From Octopus sinensis (Eukaryota): a stretch of DNA of 64,000 nucleotides. Where the stretch lies: contig NC_043015.1 in the NCBI RefSeq assembly GCF_006345805.1, forward strand, positions 12,896,001 to 12,960,000. The letters run 5' to 3'. Below are positions 43,446 to 55,449 of the stretch, piece by piece (position 1 is the first letter of the stretch; each line of letters opens with the position of its first letter). Position numbers and translations under genes: made by a program. The notes beneath the pieces were generated by a model. The model worked only from the letters and a program-made list of their open reading frames with translations, was not told where the DNA came from and did no database searches.

Positions 43446-43581
43446 CTTAAATGAGGATAGATTTATGAATTTCCTTCTGTGCGAATGTGTGCGTGTATGT
43501 GTTCATACGTTATGTGTGTGTGTGTGTGTGTGTGTATATGTATGTATATATATGTATGTGATATATTTCTGTGTAAATACA

Positions 43582-43630
<49 letters not shown>

Positions 43631-44096
43631 CGGGTTGAGTCGGGGTTAACCACAGTAAATAAGGTACTCAATACATAGCAGAGTAAATTAATTTATTTTA
43701 GATGTGTGTGTATGTGTAACTATATACACACATACCATATTTTGGTACGTGCTGAAAGTATTTTATTATACACTAGGGCATTTCAATTTATTGTACACTG
43801 ACACATTTGAACTCCTCCTTGTTGTTAACCACAATGTCACAACCATTTTATCATTCTCTGGTGCTTCATCAGATGACTGTTATGTTCCGTAATGTATTGT
43901 TCTTGGGATTTCGAGTCAGTAGAATGAGATAGTGAGCATAAGCAATGATTGCATGTTAAGTGTTGTAGTTTTCCTGATGGGAATGAGTTCAATCTCCAAG
44001 TTAGTCCAATCTATGTACACTTTCATTCAAGTGGAATGAACAAGCAGCATAACAAGAAAGACAATAATTGATACAAATAATCAATATATATATAGT

Positions 44097-44270
44097 GAAA
44101 AGGCCTGGTGGGAAGACTAACCTTCTGAATACTTTTACAGGGCTTAGAAAAACTGAAGGATTGCTGCAATAAGTGTGTGAACCTGAGAGGAGAATATGTT
44201 GAATAAAATCATAATTAACTGATTCTCCTGTATTTTTATTTACCCAAATCCAGGAACTTTACAGCACCTT
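44097..44270 (+). mobile_element. Mariner transposase C-terminal remnant plus probable 3' TIR
   Basis: Translates GLEKLKDCCNKCVNLRGEYVE*, the typical mariner C-terminus pattern (KCxxxxGxYVE). Confidence 0.7.
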
Positions 44271-44843
44271 ATGTGTGAATATGCAGAGTTTGACCACCTC
44301 TTGTACCTACAACTTAGAATCCATCATGGTTTCTGATATGGCTTTTTAAACCAGACAATGTTTTGAAAAGACTCCCACATAGATTGCATATGGGCATACA
44401 ATTTATTGTAAATTATCATTGTTCCTGAACATTGTTTTTTTATATATGCAAATATTGGAAAATAGATGTTAAACAATGATGACAACGAGATATATATATA
44501 TATATATGGTATGGACGTTTTGTTTTGTTGTCTCGCTTTGCCATATATGACTATGAGGATTTGCATTCCCAACGAAACTCATCTTTTTCCAAAACTTCTC
44601 AAACCTGCAATAATGTAATACATGTCTTTGGTGTGGTAATTGTGCACAGCTGAAGAAGGCTATTGACATACATGTTACATCAATTATGCATTGATATAAA
44701 CTGTCCAATAAAGCCAGAAACATATGTACCGCTAAATCCTTTGCATCCTGTTTTCCTCTGATAAATATACCCTATCACCTACACCACTAACTGGCATATA
44801 CAGGTGCTTACAGTTATCAAGTATTCACCCTGAATTTTTTGTA

Positions 44844-44845
<2 letters not shown>

Positions 44846-44898
<53 letters not shown>

Positions 44899-46275
44899 TC
44901 TAGTATTGAACAGTGAGCATAACTGCACAAGACTACATTGGTGGATAAATATTCTTTCTTTATGGGTTAACAAGGCTACCACTGGTTTCATGCGAAAGGA
45001 AATTTCTCTTGACATGAAACAAATTTTTAACAAAAAAGTAGGTTAGATAAACAGGATATATAACTTATAATTGTATAGCCTTCCAAGAAACAAACAACTA
45101 TTTTCCTGTAATTGATCTAATGTCTCACAAATGAGATACTTTGTCCAGTTGAGAACACAGATAAGTTATAAATCCTGTTGAAAATTCACTAACCTTGTAC
45201 ATTCACCACTTAAAAATATTTAGATCAGTCATTCTCAAATAATAGACTGGGTTTAGTTGGCAACATTTCTTGAGTGAAAGAAATGTGTAAATAGCTTCAA
45301 CTTCAGCATTAAAAACAAAGCTGGGATATAACAAATATATATTTAAAGCAATTTTGTGGCCATGTATGTAACAATAAATGCTGTTTCATGTTTTAATTAT
45401 TGAAATGATCAAGAATCACGTGAGACTTAGTGAAATAACTAACTTTCAACTTAATAAAAGACTAATATACCAACTGAAATTGACCATTATCTTACACAAC
45501 TATGAAATTCCGAAAATTTGAACACTTTAATACAGATGGTTTATTGGTATTAAAAGGTTTACAATTAACTAGATGAATCTAATAAAAGATAAAAAAAAGA
45601 AATTCAGAAATGAAGATAGATTGATGAAAGTACCAAATAGTACAACAGTGGAAAAATGAGCTGAAAGTCATTATTTAATCAGGCTCTAAGGCTAATTAAA
45701 TAATGACTGGAACATAATTAAACAAAATAAGCAGCCATCATGTATTTCTCAAAAGAACTGGTTCCATAAGTAAAGCTGTTCAGCCAAAAATCAAAAGTAG
45801 CTCATGAATTCCATTTACTGAGAATACTTGATCACATAAAATGTTAAAATAATGATTTCGTAATTAAGTATACACTTTTGTAAGATAGAAGTAGTAAAGA
45901 ATCTTGATCAACATTACAATTGAATGTGCACACTTAGGCAATAATTATACTCCCTTCTGAAGGGCAAAAATAATTAGTTCTCTTGATAAAGCAAATGTAA
46001 CAGGGTGCAGCCAACTTAATTAAACCTAATATAAAACTGATATGTTAATTGTTAATCTTGCAAAAATGGAAAATGAGGGCAACATCAGCAGGATTTTAAT
46101 AGTAAAGCTTTGCCTCAAATATTTAGAAAGCCAGTACTCTAGCTTTTATGTCAACCCACGCAATATCAAATTGTTAAGAATAACTATAATACTACAACAA
46201 TAGCGTGATATATAGAATCAAATTACAGTAACAGCAATTTTGTCCTGAGACACAAAAGTTTTTTGAAAAAGTTAG

Positions 46276-46337
<62 letters not shown>

Positions 46338-47714
46338 TCTAGTATTGAACAGTGAGCATAACTGCACAAGACTACATTGGTGGATAAATATTCTTTCTTT
46401 ATGGGTTAACAAGGCTACCACTGGTTTCATGCGAAAGGAAATTTCTCTTGACATGAAACAAATTTTTAACAAAAAAGTAGGTTAGATAAACAGGATATAT
46501 GACTTATAATTGTATAGCCTTCCAAGAAACAAACAACTATTTTCTTGTAATTGATCTAATGTCTCACAAATGAGATACTTTGTCCAGTTGAGAACACAGA
46601 TAAGTTATAAATCCTGTTGAAAATTCACTAACCTTGTACATTCACCACTTAAAAATATTTAGATCAGTCATTCTCAAATAATAGACTGGGTTTAGTTGGC
46701 AACATTTCTTGAGTGAAAGAAATGTGTAAATAGCTTCAACTTCAGCATTAAAAACAAAGCTGGGATATAACAAATATATATTTAAAGCAATTTTGTGGCC
46801 ATGTATGTAACAATAAATGCTGTTTCATGTTTTAATTATTGAAATGATCAAGAATCACGTGAGACTTAGTGAAATAACTAACTTTCAACTTAATAAAAGA
46901 CTAATATACCAACTGAAATTGACCATTATCTTACACAACTATGAAATTCCGAAAATTTGAACACTTTAATACAGATGGTTTATTGGTATTAAAAGGTTTA
47001 CAATTAACTAGATGAATCTAATAAAAGATAAAAAAAAGAAATTCAGAAATGAAGATAGATTGATGAAAGTACCAAATAGTACAACAGTGGAAAAATGAGC
47101 TAAAAGTCATTATTTAATCAGGCTCTAAGGCTAATTAAATAATGACTGGAACATAATTAAACAAAATAAGCAGCCATCGTGTATTTCTCAAAAGAACTGG
47201 TTCCATAAGTAAAGCTGTTCAGCCAAAAATCAAAAGTAGCTCATGAATTCCATTTACTGAGAATACTTGATCACATAAAATGTTAAAATAATGATTTCGT
47301 AATTAAGTATACACTTTTGTAAGATAGAAGTAGTAAAGAATCTTGATCAACATTACAATTGAATGTGCACACTTAGGCAATAATTATACTCCCTTCTGAA
47401 GGGCAAAAATAATTAGTTCTCTTGATAAAGCAAATGTAACAGGGTGCAGCCAACTTAATTAAACCTAATATAAAACTGATATGTTAATTGTTAATCTTGC
47501 AAAAATGGAAAATGAGGGCAACATCAGCAGGATTTTAATAGTAAAGCTTTGCCTCAAATATTTAGAAAGCCAGTACTCTAGCTTTTATGTCAACCCACGC
47601 AATATCAAATTGTTAAGAATAACTATAATACTACAACAATAGCGTGATATATAGAATCAAATTACAGTAACAGCAATTTTGTCCTGAGACACAAAAGCTT
47701 TTTGAAAAAGTTAG

Positions 47715-47745
<31 letters not shown>

Positions 47746-47755
47746 TATATATATA
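44846..47755. repeat. Tandem direct duplication, period 1439 bp
   Basis: 44898-46275 equals 46337-47714, with about 5 substitutions seen by eye. Bounded by (TA)n/(CA)n tracts. Confidence 0.96.
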
Positions 47756-48325
47756 TCATCATCATCATTGTCGTTTAACATCCGCTTTCCCTGCTAGCAT
47801 GGGTTGGACGATTTTGACTGAGGGCTGGCGAACCAGATGGCTGCACCAGGCTTCAATCTTGATTTGGCAGATTTTTCTACAGCTGGATGCCCTTCCTAAT
47901 GTAGTGGGTGCTTTTTACATGCCACCGGCACGGGGGCCAGTCAGGCGGTACTGGCAACGACCTCGCTCGAATCCTTTTACACATGCCACCAGCACAGGTG
48001 CCAGTAAGGTGACATTGGTAACAATCACGCTCGAATGGTGCCCTTTTACGTGCCACTGGCATGGAAGCTAGCTGGCTGCTCTGGCAACGATCACGCTCGG
48101 ATGGTGCTCTTGGCACCCTACTTGCACGGGCACAAGTGCCAGTAAGGCGACACTGGTAAGGATCATGCTTGAATGGTGCCCTTTAAGTGCCACTGGCACG
48201 GATGCTGGTTAGCCACTGTCAATGATCACACTCGTACGGTGCTCTTTACACCCTGCTAGCACGGACACCAGTCATCGAATTTGATTTTGATTGATTTCAC
48301 TTGCCTCAACAGGTCTTCGCAAGCA
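47756..48325 (-). mobile_element. 5'-truncated LINE 3' end, variant subfamily
   Basis: (CAT)n, gtttaacatccgctttccctgctagcatgggttggacg ... ctggatgcccttcctaa, internal repeats, then ttcacttgcctcaacaggtcttc. Confidence 0.78.
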
Positions 48326-48367
48326 AAGATTTTATAATAATTTCTTAAGTAAGCAGGAGATAGATTT

Positions 48368-48464
<97 letters not shown>

Positions 48465-48606
48465 TTGTAGAACAGTCGTTCTGACCCATCCCGCTACTGT
48501 CCCCTATGGGCAGGACCCCGTTTAACATGCTGCGTTGCCTCCATTTTGCAGTCTGGGTGGTCAACACTCGGGTTCTTTAATATATATATATATAGATTAT
48601 GTTATA

Positions 48607-48970
48607 GGTGCAGGAGTGGCTGTGTAGAAGCTTGCTTCCTAACCATATAGTTCCAGGTTCAGTCCTACTACATGGCACCTTGGGTAAGTGTCTTCTACTA
48701 TAGCCTTGGGCTGACTAAAGCCTTGTGAGTGGATTTGGTAGATGGAAACTGAAAGAAGCCTATCGTATATATATATCTGTATATATGTATGTGTTTGTTG
48801 TTTATGTCTGTGTTTGTCACCCCCACCATTACTTGACAGTTCAGCAAAAGATATCAATAGAATAATTACTAAGCTTACAAAGAATAAGTCCTGAGTTCGA
48901 TTTATTCGACTAAAGATGGTGCTCCAGCATGACTGCAGTCAAATGACTGAATACTGAAACAAGTAAAAGA
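48607..48970 (+). mobile_element. Type A SINE with small internal deletion
   Basis: Colinear with 4205-4613 but lacks the segment between cttgaca and gttcagcaaaag. Confidence 0.83.
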
Positions 48971-49429
48971 AATATATATATATATATATGTAATATATAT
49001 ATAGTCAATCAGTCTACTTCACTACAATAAACCACTAATTTTTATTGCAAAGCAAAATCTTTATATTTGAGGGAGCCTTTACTTGTTAGCTTAACTTGCA
49101 ACAAATAGCAGCCACATTCCCTCAAATCACACCCCTACTATTTTCAAAGCAGGAAGAACACAATGGACAATGTTCTAGTCATTGGCGTACAAAAAGGACC
49201 AGAGGTTTTGCTGGATCACGGCTAACAGAGAAGCTTCTTTAAGTTCACCCAACTTGCTAGAAACAGTACCTCAAATCACATTCTTAGTGCCTTAAATGAA
49301 GGCAGAACACATTGTATAATATAGTAGTCCATTATTTAAAAAAAAAAACAGATGCGATGGTCATGATTGAAATGTTTACTTGATCAGGGTTGACACTTGG
49401 AGCTAAATAACAAATTTTACTAATCCTGA

Positions 49430-49627
49430 AATGGCAAACTAGTAGAATCATTAGCACAGCAAGCAAATGCTTAGTGGTATTTCGTCCGTTTTTACTTTCT
49501 GAGTTTAAATTCTGCTGAGATTGACTTTATCTTTTATCCTTTTGAGGTTGATAAAAAACGCACCAGTTAAAAACTGTAGTCAATGTTTCTCCTTGAAACT
49601 GCTGGCCTTACAACAAAATTTGAAACC
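49430..49627 (+). mobile_element. Family C SINE
   Basis: Colinear with 34818-35028. Confidence 0.7.
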
Positions 49628-50689
49628 AATTTTACTAATCCTGATGGTACGAAATTGCCAATTTTATCTCAGTAGGATTTGAAACCAGAAAAAAAAGAAA
49701 GTGACTAAATAGGCACTTCACAGAAGCAACTATTGTATTATTGGGTGCTCAGACTTCTGTATTAGAAAACAAAAATGATCTTTACAATAGAGTTGCAGAC
49801 AAAAGGTTAGAATGGTAACATAACAAATACTAGAGCATGTAAGTTAAACCAAAAAACTGTGGAAAGTACAAGGTTTTGCTTAATAACAGAATGATAATGT
49901 TGCAGAAATATAACATTAAAAATACCAAGTTGAGCATGGGTGTCAAGAATGATAACAAATTCTTGGCATGATCTAAGGTTTATAGGTAAAAAGAAAAATT
50001 AGTGTAGGTGTGTGCTCAACATTCATACCTTTTACCGTGAGACAAGTGATAATGGCTACATTGAAAATTCAACACTAGATTGTGGCCTTAGCTTTTAGAA
50101 GGTTTACATTTTTGTTTGGGGTAAGGGGAGCCAGCTTATTGATAAGGGAATGATAATATGTTAAGTATAAGATAGAGGAAGGGTAGAAACACTGGTGCAT
50201 TAGATTAAATGCATTTCTGAGGTGATAAAGGAGTCTCCATGAGGTTGCATGACATGCTAGAAATAGATGCCAAATTCCTACAAATTATACTCCACAATGT
50301 TTATAAGAAAGGACACACAATATAATGTGGTCTTAAATGTAAAACTAAGAGGATGGCCATGGCTGTAATACCTTTGATCACAGTCCTGCTCAATTATAGA
50401 AAACAACAGGGCTAATCAACAACAAATAATATATTTCAGTATTCAGTTCAATTTCTTTGTTCTGAAAGTTGATTTTTTTCCCCATTGTTCTTTACAGAGT
50501 TGATAAACTAGGTAGCAGGCATGTACTGAGGTTAACTGAATTAACTATTTTCCACCTTATAAAGCTGTGGCCTGATTCCAATGTAAGAAATCAATAAGTA
50601 GTCACTATATACCTCATGCATTAAAAATCAGAAAGAGGAAGAACATGATGACTCAAACTGACTTACTCAACTGTGAGAGTAATATAATA

Positions 50690-50790
50690 ATTTATTCCAA
50701 AGTTTCTCTTCAGTTCATCTAACTTTTTGGTTCTGATGACAATTGGTAACAAAGAAGTTAGATGAACTAAAGAGAAACCTTGAAATAAAT
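50690..50790 (-). other. ~40-bp-stem hairpin (imperfect inverted repeat)
   Basis: atttattccaaagtttctcttcagttcatctaacttttt / aaagaagttagatgaactaaagagaaaccttgaaataaat. Confidence 0.8.
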
Positions 50791-51697
50791 GTTAGTCAAG
50801 CAAATACAGTACCGACAGTAGTACATTACAATAGAACTAAACAATAGAGAAAGTGATTCAAAAGGTGGTATCAGTACATGAGCCCAATTATCTTTCATCA
50901 ACTCACACTAAGTAACAGATATTTACTCACAAAAAAGATTAAAGCTTAATGAAATGTAAGATAAAGATTGGAGAAATTGACCTTATTTTTTTCTTTCATT
51001 AGTTGGCAGATACATAAAAGAAGCTTTGTGAACAAATACGTACACACATGCAAGTACATTCACACCCCAACACCAACACGCACACTACAGGTTTGGCAAA
51101 ATGTCTAACTATTGTTTTAAAATTTGTCCTTCTCACAAAATAAGCTTTCAACAGGGATACATTCTGCACCTTTTACACTAATCTTATTTAGAAACAAAGA
51201 TCATTTGAATTTTAAATACGAAGTACCAAGTAGCTGCTTTAGAAGACTAACAATAACTTTAGTGATCTAATAATGAAACAACTCATAAGGTGTAGTTAAT
51301 ATTTCACACTCAACTAGCTCATGTCCTTGTCAAACTCTAATCCTTGTCATCTACAGAGTTTTATTCCAGTCTTAAGAAACATGTCTGGGTATTTTTCATC
51401 TCTAAGAAGAGCAATCTCCTTCACACAGCTAGCATCCAATTTTCCATACTTCAAACACCTAAAAGATAATGGAAAAGCTGCGACTTATTTCACACCAGTA
51501 TATCTTCCTTGACTCCAGATCTCACCAGTTATTGTGTACTCTTGAGGATTATGAGGAAAGTAATATTGTTGCACTAGACATCTGCAGAGACACCTTCTTG
51601 GTTAAATTATGGGCTTATGGGTTACATATATACACATAGATATATATACACACACACACACACACACATATATGTATACATATAGATATATGTATAT

Positions 51698-51745
<48 letters not shown>

Positions 51746-51910
51746 TCATATATACACATACACATATATATATATCCATACATATTCATATATACACACA
51801 CACATATACATGTATACATATACATATAGATATGTACATCGCTGACTAATTGAATATTTCTTATAAAGATTTTATCCTATTTTTAATGATATATACATAT
51901 ATGTATTATT

Positions 51911-52292
51911 TTATTCTTTTATTTGTTTCAGACACTTGACTGTGGCCCTGCTGGAGCATCATCTTTAGTCAGGCAAATCGACCTCAGGACTTATTCTTGG
52001 TAAGCCTAGTACTTATTCTATCAGTCTCTTTTGCCGAAACACTAAGTTACGGGGAAGTAAACACTTCAGCATCAGTTGTCAAGCAATGTTGGGGGGACAA
52101 ATACAGACACACAAACACACACACATACATATATATGTATATATATAATGATGGACTTCTTTCAGTTACCATCTTCCAAATCTCACAAGGCGTTCATCAG
52201 CCTGAGGCTATGGTAGAAGACACTTGCCCAAGGTGCCACACAGTGGGACTGATCCCAAAACTGTGTGGTTGGTAAGCAAGCTACTTACCACA
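51911..52292 (-). mobile_element. Type A SINE
   Basis: Reverse complement of the 4205-4613 family. Confidence 0.83.
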
Positions 52293-52377
52293 CACACATA
52301 TATACACATTTACAAATACACATACATATATAAAAGTATATATACATGTATACAATATATATATATATATATATAAG

Positions 52378-52612
52378 GCTTCCATGCTGGTGGCACGTAG
52401 AAAGCACCAACCAATAGTGGCTATTGCCAGCCTTGCCTGGCACGTAAAAAGCACCCACTACACTCACGGAGTAGTTGGCATTAGGAAGGGCATCCAGCTG
52501 TAGAAACACTGCCAGATCAGACTGGAGCCTGGTGCAACCTCCTGGCTTCCCAGACCCCGGTTGAACCGTCCAACCCATGCTAGCATGGAAAACGGACATA
52601 TGATGATGATGA
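52378..52612 (+). mobile_element. LINE 3' end with (ATG)n tail
   Basis: Matches 9690-9878. Confidence 0.8.
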
Positions 52613-52621
52613 TTATATATA

Positions 52622-52938
52622 CTGGAACTCCGCTTACGACGATGAGGATTCCAGTTGATCTGATCCACGAATTGGCTTGCTCATGAAAATAATGTGCAAA
52701 TGGCGGAGCACTCTACAGACATGCATGCCATGAACATAGTTCACTGGGAACTTTAAAATGACACAGGATGTGACAAGGCTGGCCGAATTTGAAATAGAGG
52801 TACTACTCATTTTTGCCAGCTGAGTAGACGGGAGAACAATGTAATAAAATGTCATCTTCAAGAACATGTGTTGCTGGCAGTTGAAATCACAACGTAGCGA
52901 TTGTGAGCCAAATGCCCTGACCACTAAGTGATGCGCAT
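52622..52938 (-). mobile_element. tRNA-derived SINE, family E, diverged
   Basis: Minus strand begins gcgcatcacttagtggtcagggcatttggctcac (tRNA-like head) and contains ctactcagctggcaaaaatgagtag. Confidence 0.6.
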
Positions 52939-53013
52939 TCACTATATATATATATATATATATACACATGCACATACATATACACACACACAATATATAT
53001 ATCTATATATATA

Positions 53014-53505
53014 TCATCATCATCATCATCTTCGTTTAGCGTCCGCTTTCCATGCTAGCATGGGTTGGACGGTTCAACTGGGGTCTGGGGAGCCAGAAAG
53101 CTGCACCAGGCCCAGTCTGATCTGGCAATGTTTCTACAGCTGGATGCCCTTCCTAACGCCAACCACTCCGTGAGTGTAGTGGGTGCTTTTTACGTGCCAC
53201 CGGCACAGGTTCCAGACGAGGCTGGCAAACGGCCACGATCGGATGGTGCTTTATACGTGCCACCGGCACAAGGCCAGTCGGGGCGGCGCTGGCAACGGCC
53301 ATGTTCGGATGGTTGTCTTACGTACTACCTGCACTGGTACCACAAACTACAAATTCCATTGATGTTGATCGATTTTGATTTTGACTTGCCTCAACAAGTC
53401 TTCACAAGTAGGGTTTGTGTCACAAGAAGGAAAGGTATGCATAAGTGAACTGGCTACATCCCTGGTAGAGGCCACGGGTTATGGTCTCACTTGTTCTGCC
53501 GGGTC
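53014..53505 (-). mobile_element. 5'-truncated LINE 3' end
   Basis: Reverse complement of 9257-9878 with fewer internal repeat units. Confidence 0.8.
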
Positions 53506-53853
53506 AGGATACCGAACTTAGAAGCACAATGCAACTATCACAAAAACTGTTTTGAAATCTTTTATTGTCCCTCAATTATTCCACCACACCTGCAATGCTC
53601 TTCCGCTGCACCATTTGGGAACCATATATATACATATACGTATATATATACACACACACATATATATACATATACATATGTATATATACATACATATACA
53701 CATATATATATATACAGGCATATATGAATATATATATATATGAAAACATATACACATATATACATACATACATATACAAATATATATATATATATATGCA
53801 TATACACATAGATATGTATACATACTTATATACACACATGTATATATGCATGT

Positions 53854-53884
<31 letters not shown>

Positions 53885-53928
53885 ACTCCACCTGCCTCCA
53901 TCTTTTGTTTATTTTCATAAAGCTTCCC

Positions 53929-53969
<41 letters not shown>

Positions 53970-53971
<2 letters not shown>

Positions 53972-54130
53972 GATGGGATTCTTTCAGTTTCCATCTATGA
54001 AATGCACTCAGAAGGCTTTGGTTGGCCTGAGGCTATAACAGAAGATACTTATCCAAGGCTACACACAATGGGACTGAACCCGGAACCATGTGGTTGGGCA
54101 GCAAGCTTCTAACCACACACCCGCTCCTGT
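53970..54130 (-). mobile_element. SINE head (types A/B)
   Basis: gggactgaacccggaaccatgtggttgg...ccgctcctg. Confidence 0.75.
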
Positions 54131-54255
54131 GTTTATATACATACATACATATACATATATATATATATAAAAACCAGCTTAGAGAAGAAGAAACGAAACG
54201 AAACCAAACGAATCGACGCGAAGGCACTCAGTCATACAATAGTGTAATAAATAAA

Positions 54256-55018
54256 ATATATGCATACATACAAACATATATGTACGTACCTACATCTATA
54301 TGTATATATACATGCATATATAAATATATATACGTGTGTACAGGACACCACAAATAGACGTAGAACTCAACGAGAAACGAATAAACAGCATGGAACGGAC
54401 CATTCCTTTAACAACAAAAAAACAGAGTACAAGACAACTACACAAGGAAAAATCCCCTTCATCAGCCGTCCCTAGTTCAACTCCAGCATGTTTCGAAGGT
54501 GAGGACAGAACACGTCTCGTCAAACTAGTCCTTCCAGCGAAAGAATTAAATAAAATTCCTTTGCAGAGGGGTAAAAACAAGGAAAAAAAAAGGGGGGGGG
54601 AGTGACAAAAACAGGACGTAAAAACAATACAATTAAAAACAAATACAAAATAAAAATACAATTACAAGAAGGAATAGAAACAGGACAGGAAAACAAATAA
54701 AGAGGGCCTATAAGCCTAGACGAGGAAAAAATTTTTTTTTGGACTAGTTCGATGAGACATGTTCTGTCCTCACCTTCGAAACATGCTGGAGTTGAACTAG
54801 GGACGGCTGATGAAGGGGATTTTTCCTTGTGTAGTTGTCTTGTACTGTTTTTCCGTTGTTAAAGGAATGGTCCGTTCCATGCTGTTTTTACGTTTTCGTT
54901 TCTCGTTGAGTTCTACGTCTATTTGGTGTCCTATACACACGTATATATATTTATATATGCATGTATATATACATGTAGATGTAGGTACGTACATATATGT
55001 TTGTATGTATGCATATAT
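54256..55018. repeat. Inverted repeat (arms about 54256-54531 and 54741-55018, spacer ~210 bp), probably Penelope-like inverted termini
   Basis: The arms are near-exact reverse complements, e.g. tccccttcatcagccgtccctagttcaactccagcatgtttcgaaggtgaggacagaaca versus 54760-54819. Confidence 0.92.
54758..54818 (+). ncRNA. Candidate hammerhead ribozyme with atypical segment order (second copy at 54454-54514, minus strand)
   Basis: CATGT-T-CTGTCCT, CTTC-GAA-ACATG and GGGACGG-CTGATGA-A-GGGG supply stems III, I and II around an intact core. Confidence 0.45.
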
Positions 55019-55029
55019 ATATATATATA

Positions 55030-55417
55030 GGCGCAGGAGTGGCTGTGTGGTAAGTAGCTTGTCTACCAACCACATGGTTCCGGGTTCAGTCCCACTGCAT
55101 GGCACCTTGGGTAAGTGTCTTCTACTATAGCCTCGGGCCGACCAAAGTGGATTTGGTAGACGGAAACTGAAAGAAGCCCGTCGTATATATGTATGTATAT
55201 ATATATATGCATGTGTATGTTTGTCCCCTAGCATTGCTTGACAACCGATGCTGGTGTGTTTATGTCCCCGTCACTTAGCGGTTCGGCAAAAGAGACTGAT
55301 AGAATAAGTACTGGGCTTACAAAAGAATAAGTCCCGGGGTTTAGTTGCTTGATTAAAGGCGGTGCTCCAGCATGGCCGCAGTCAAATGACTGAAACAAGT
55401 AAAAGAGTAAAAGAGAG
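55030..55417 (+). mobile_element. Type A SINE, young full-length copy
   Basis: Near-identical to 4205-4613, with CpGs retained and a short deletion after gaccaaag. Confidence 0.88.

Positions 55418-55449
<32 letters not shown>

Noticed and set aside
45615-45640. Minus-strand TGGTACTTT (WYF) as the start of the SH2 exon (also in the duplicate and at 39030)
   Set aside because: No AG acceptor one base upstream and no SH2-like continuation.
50733-50778. CTGATGA...GAAA inside the 50.7 kb hairpin as a hammerhead
   Set aside because: No stem II in register and the GAAA is buried in the long stem.
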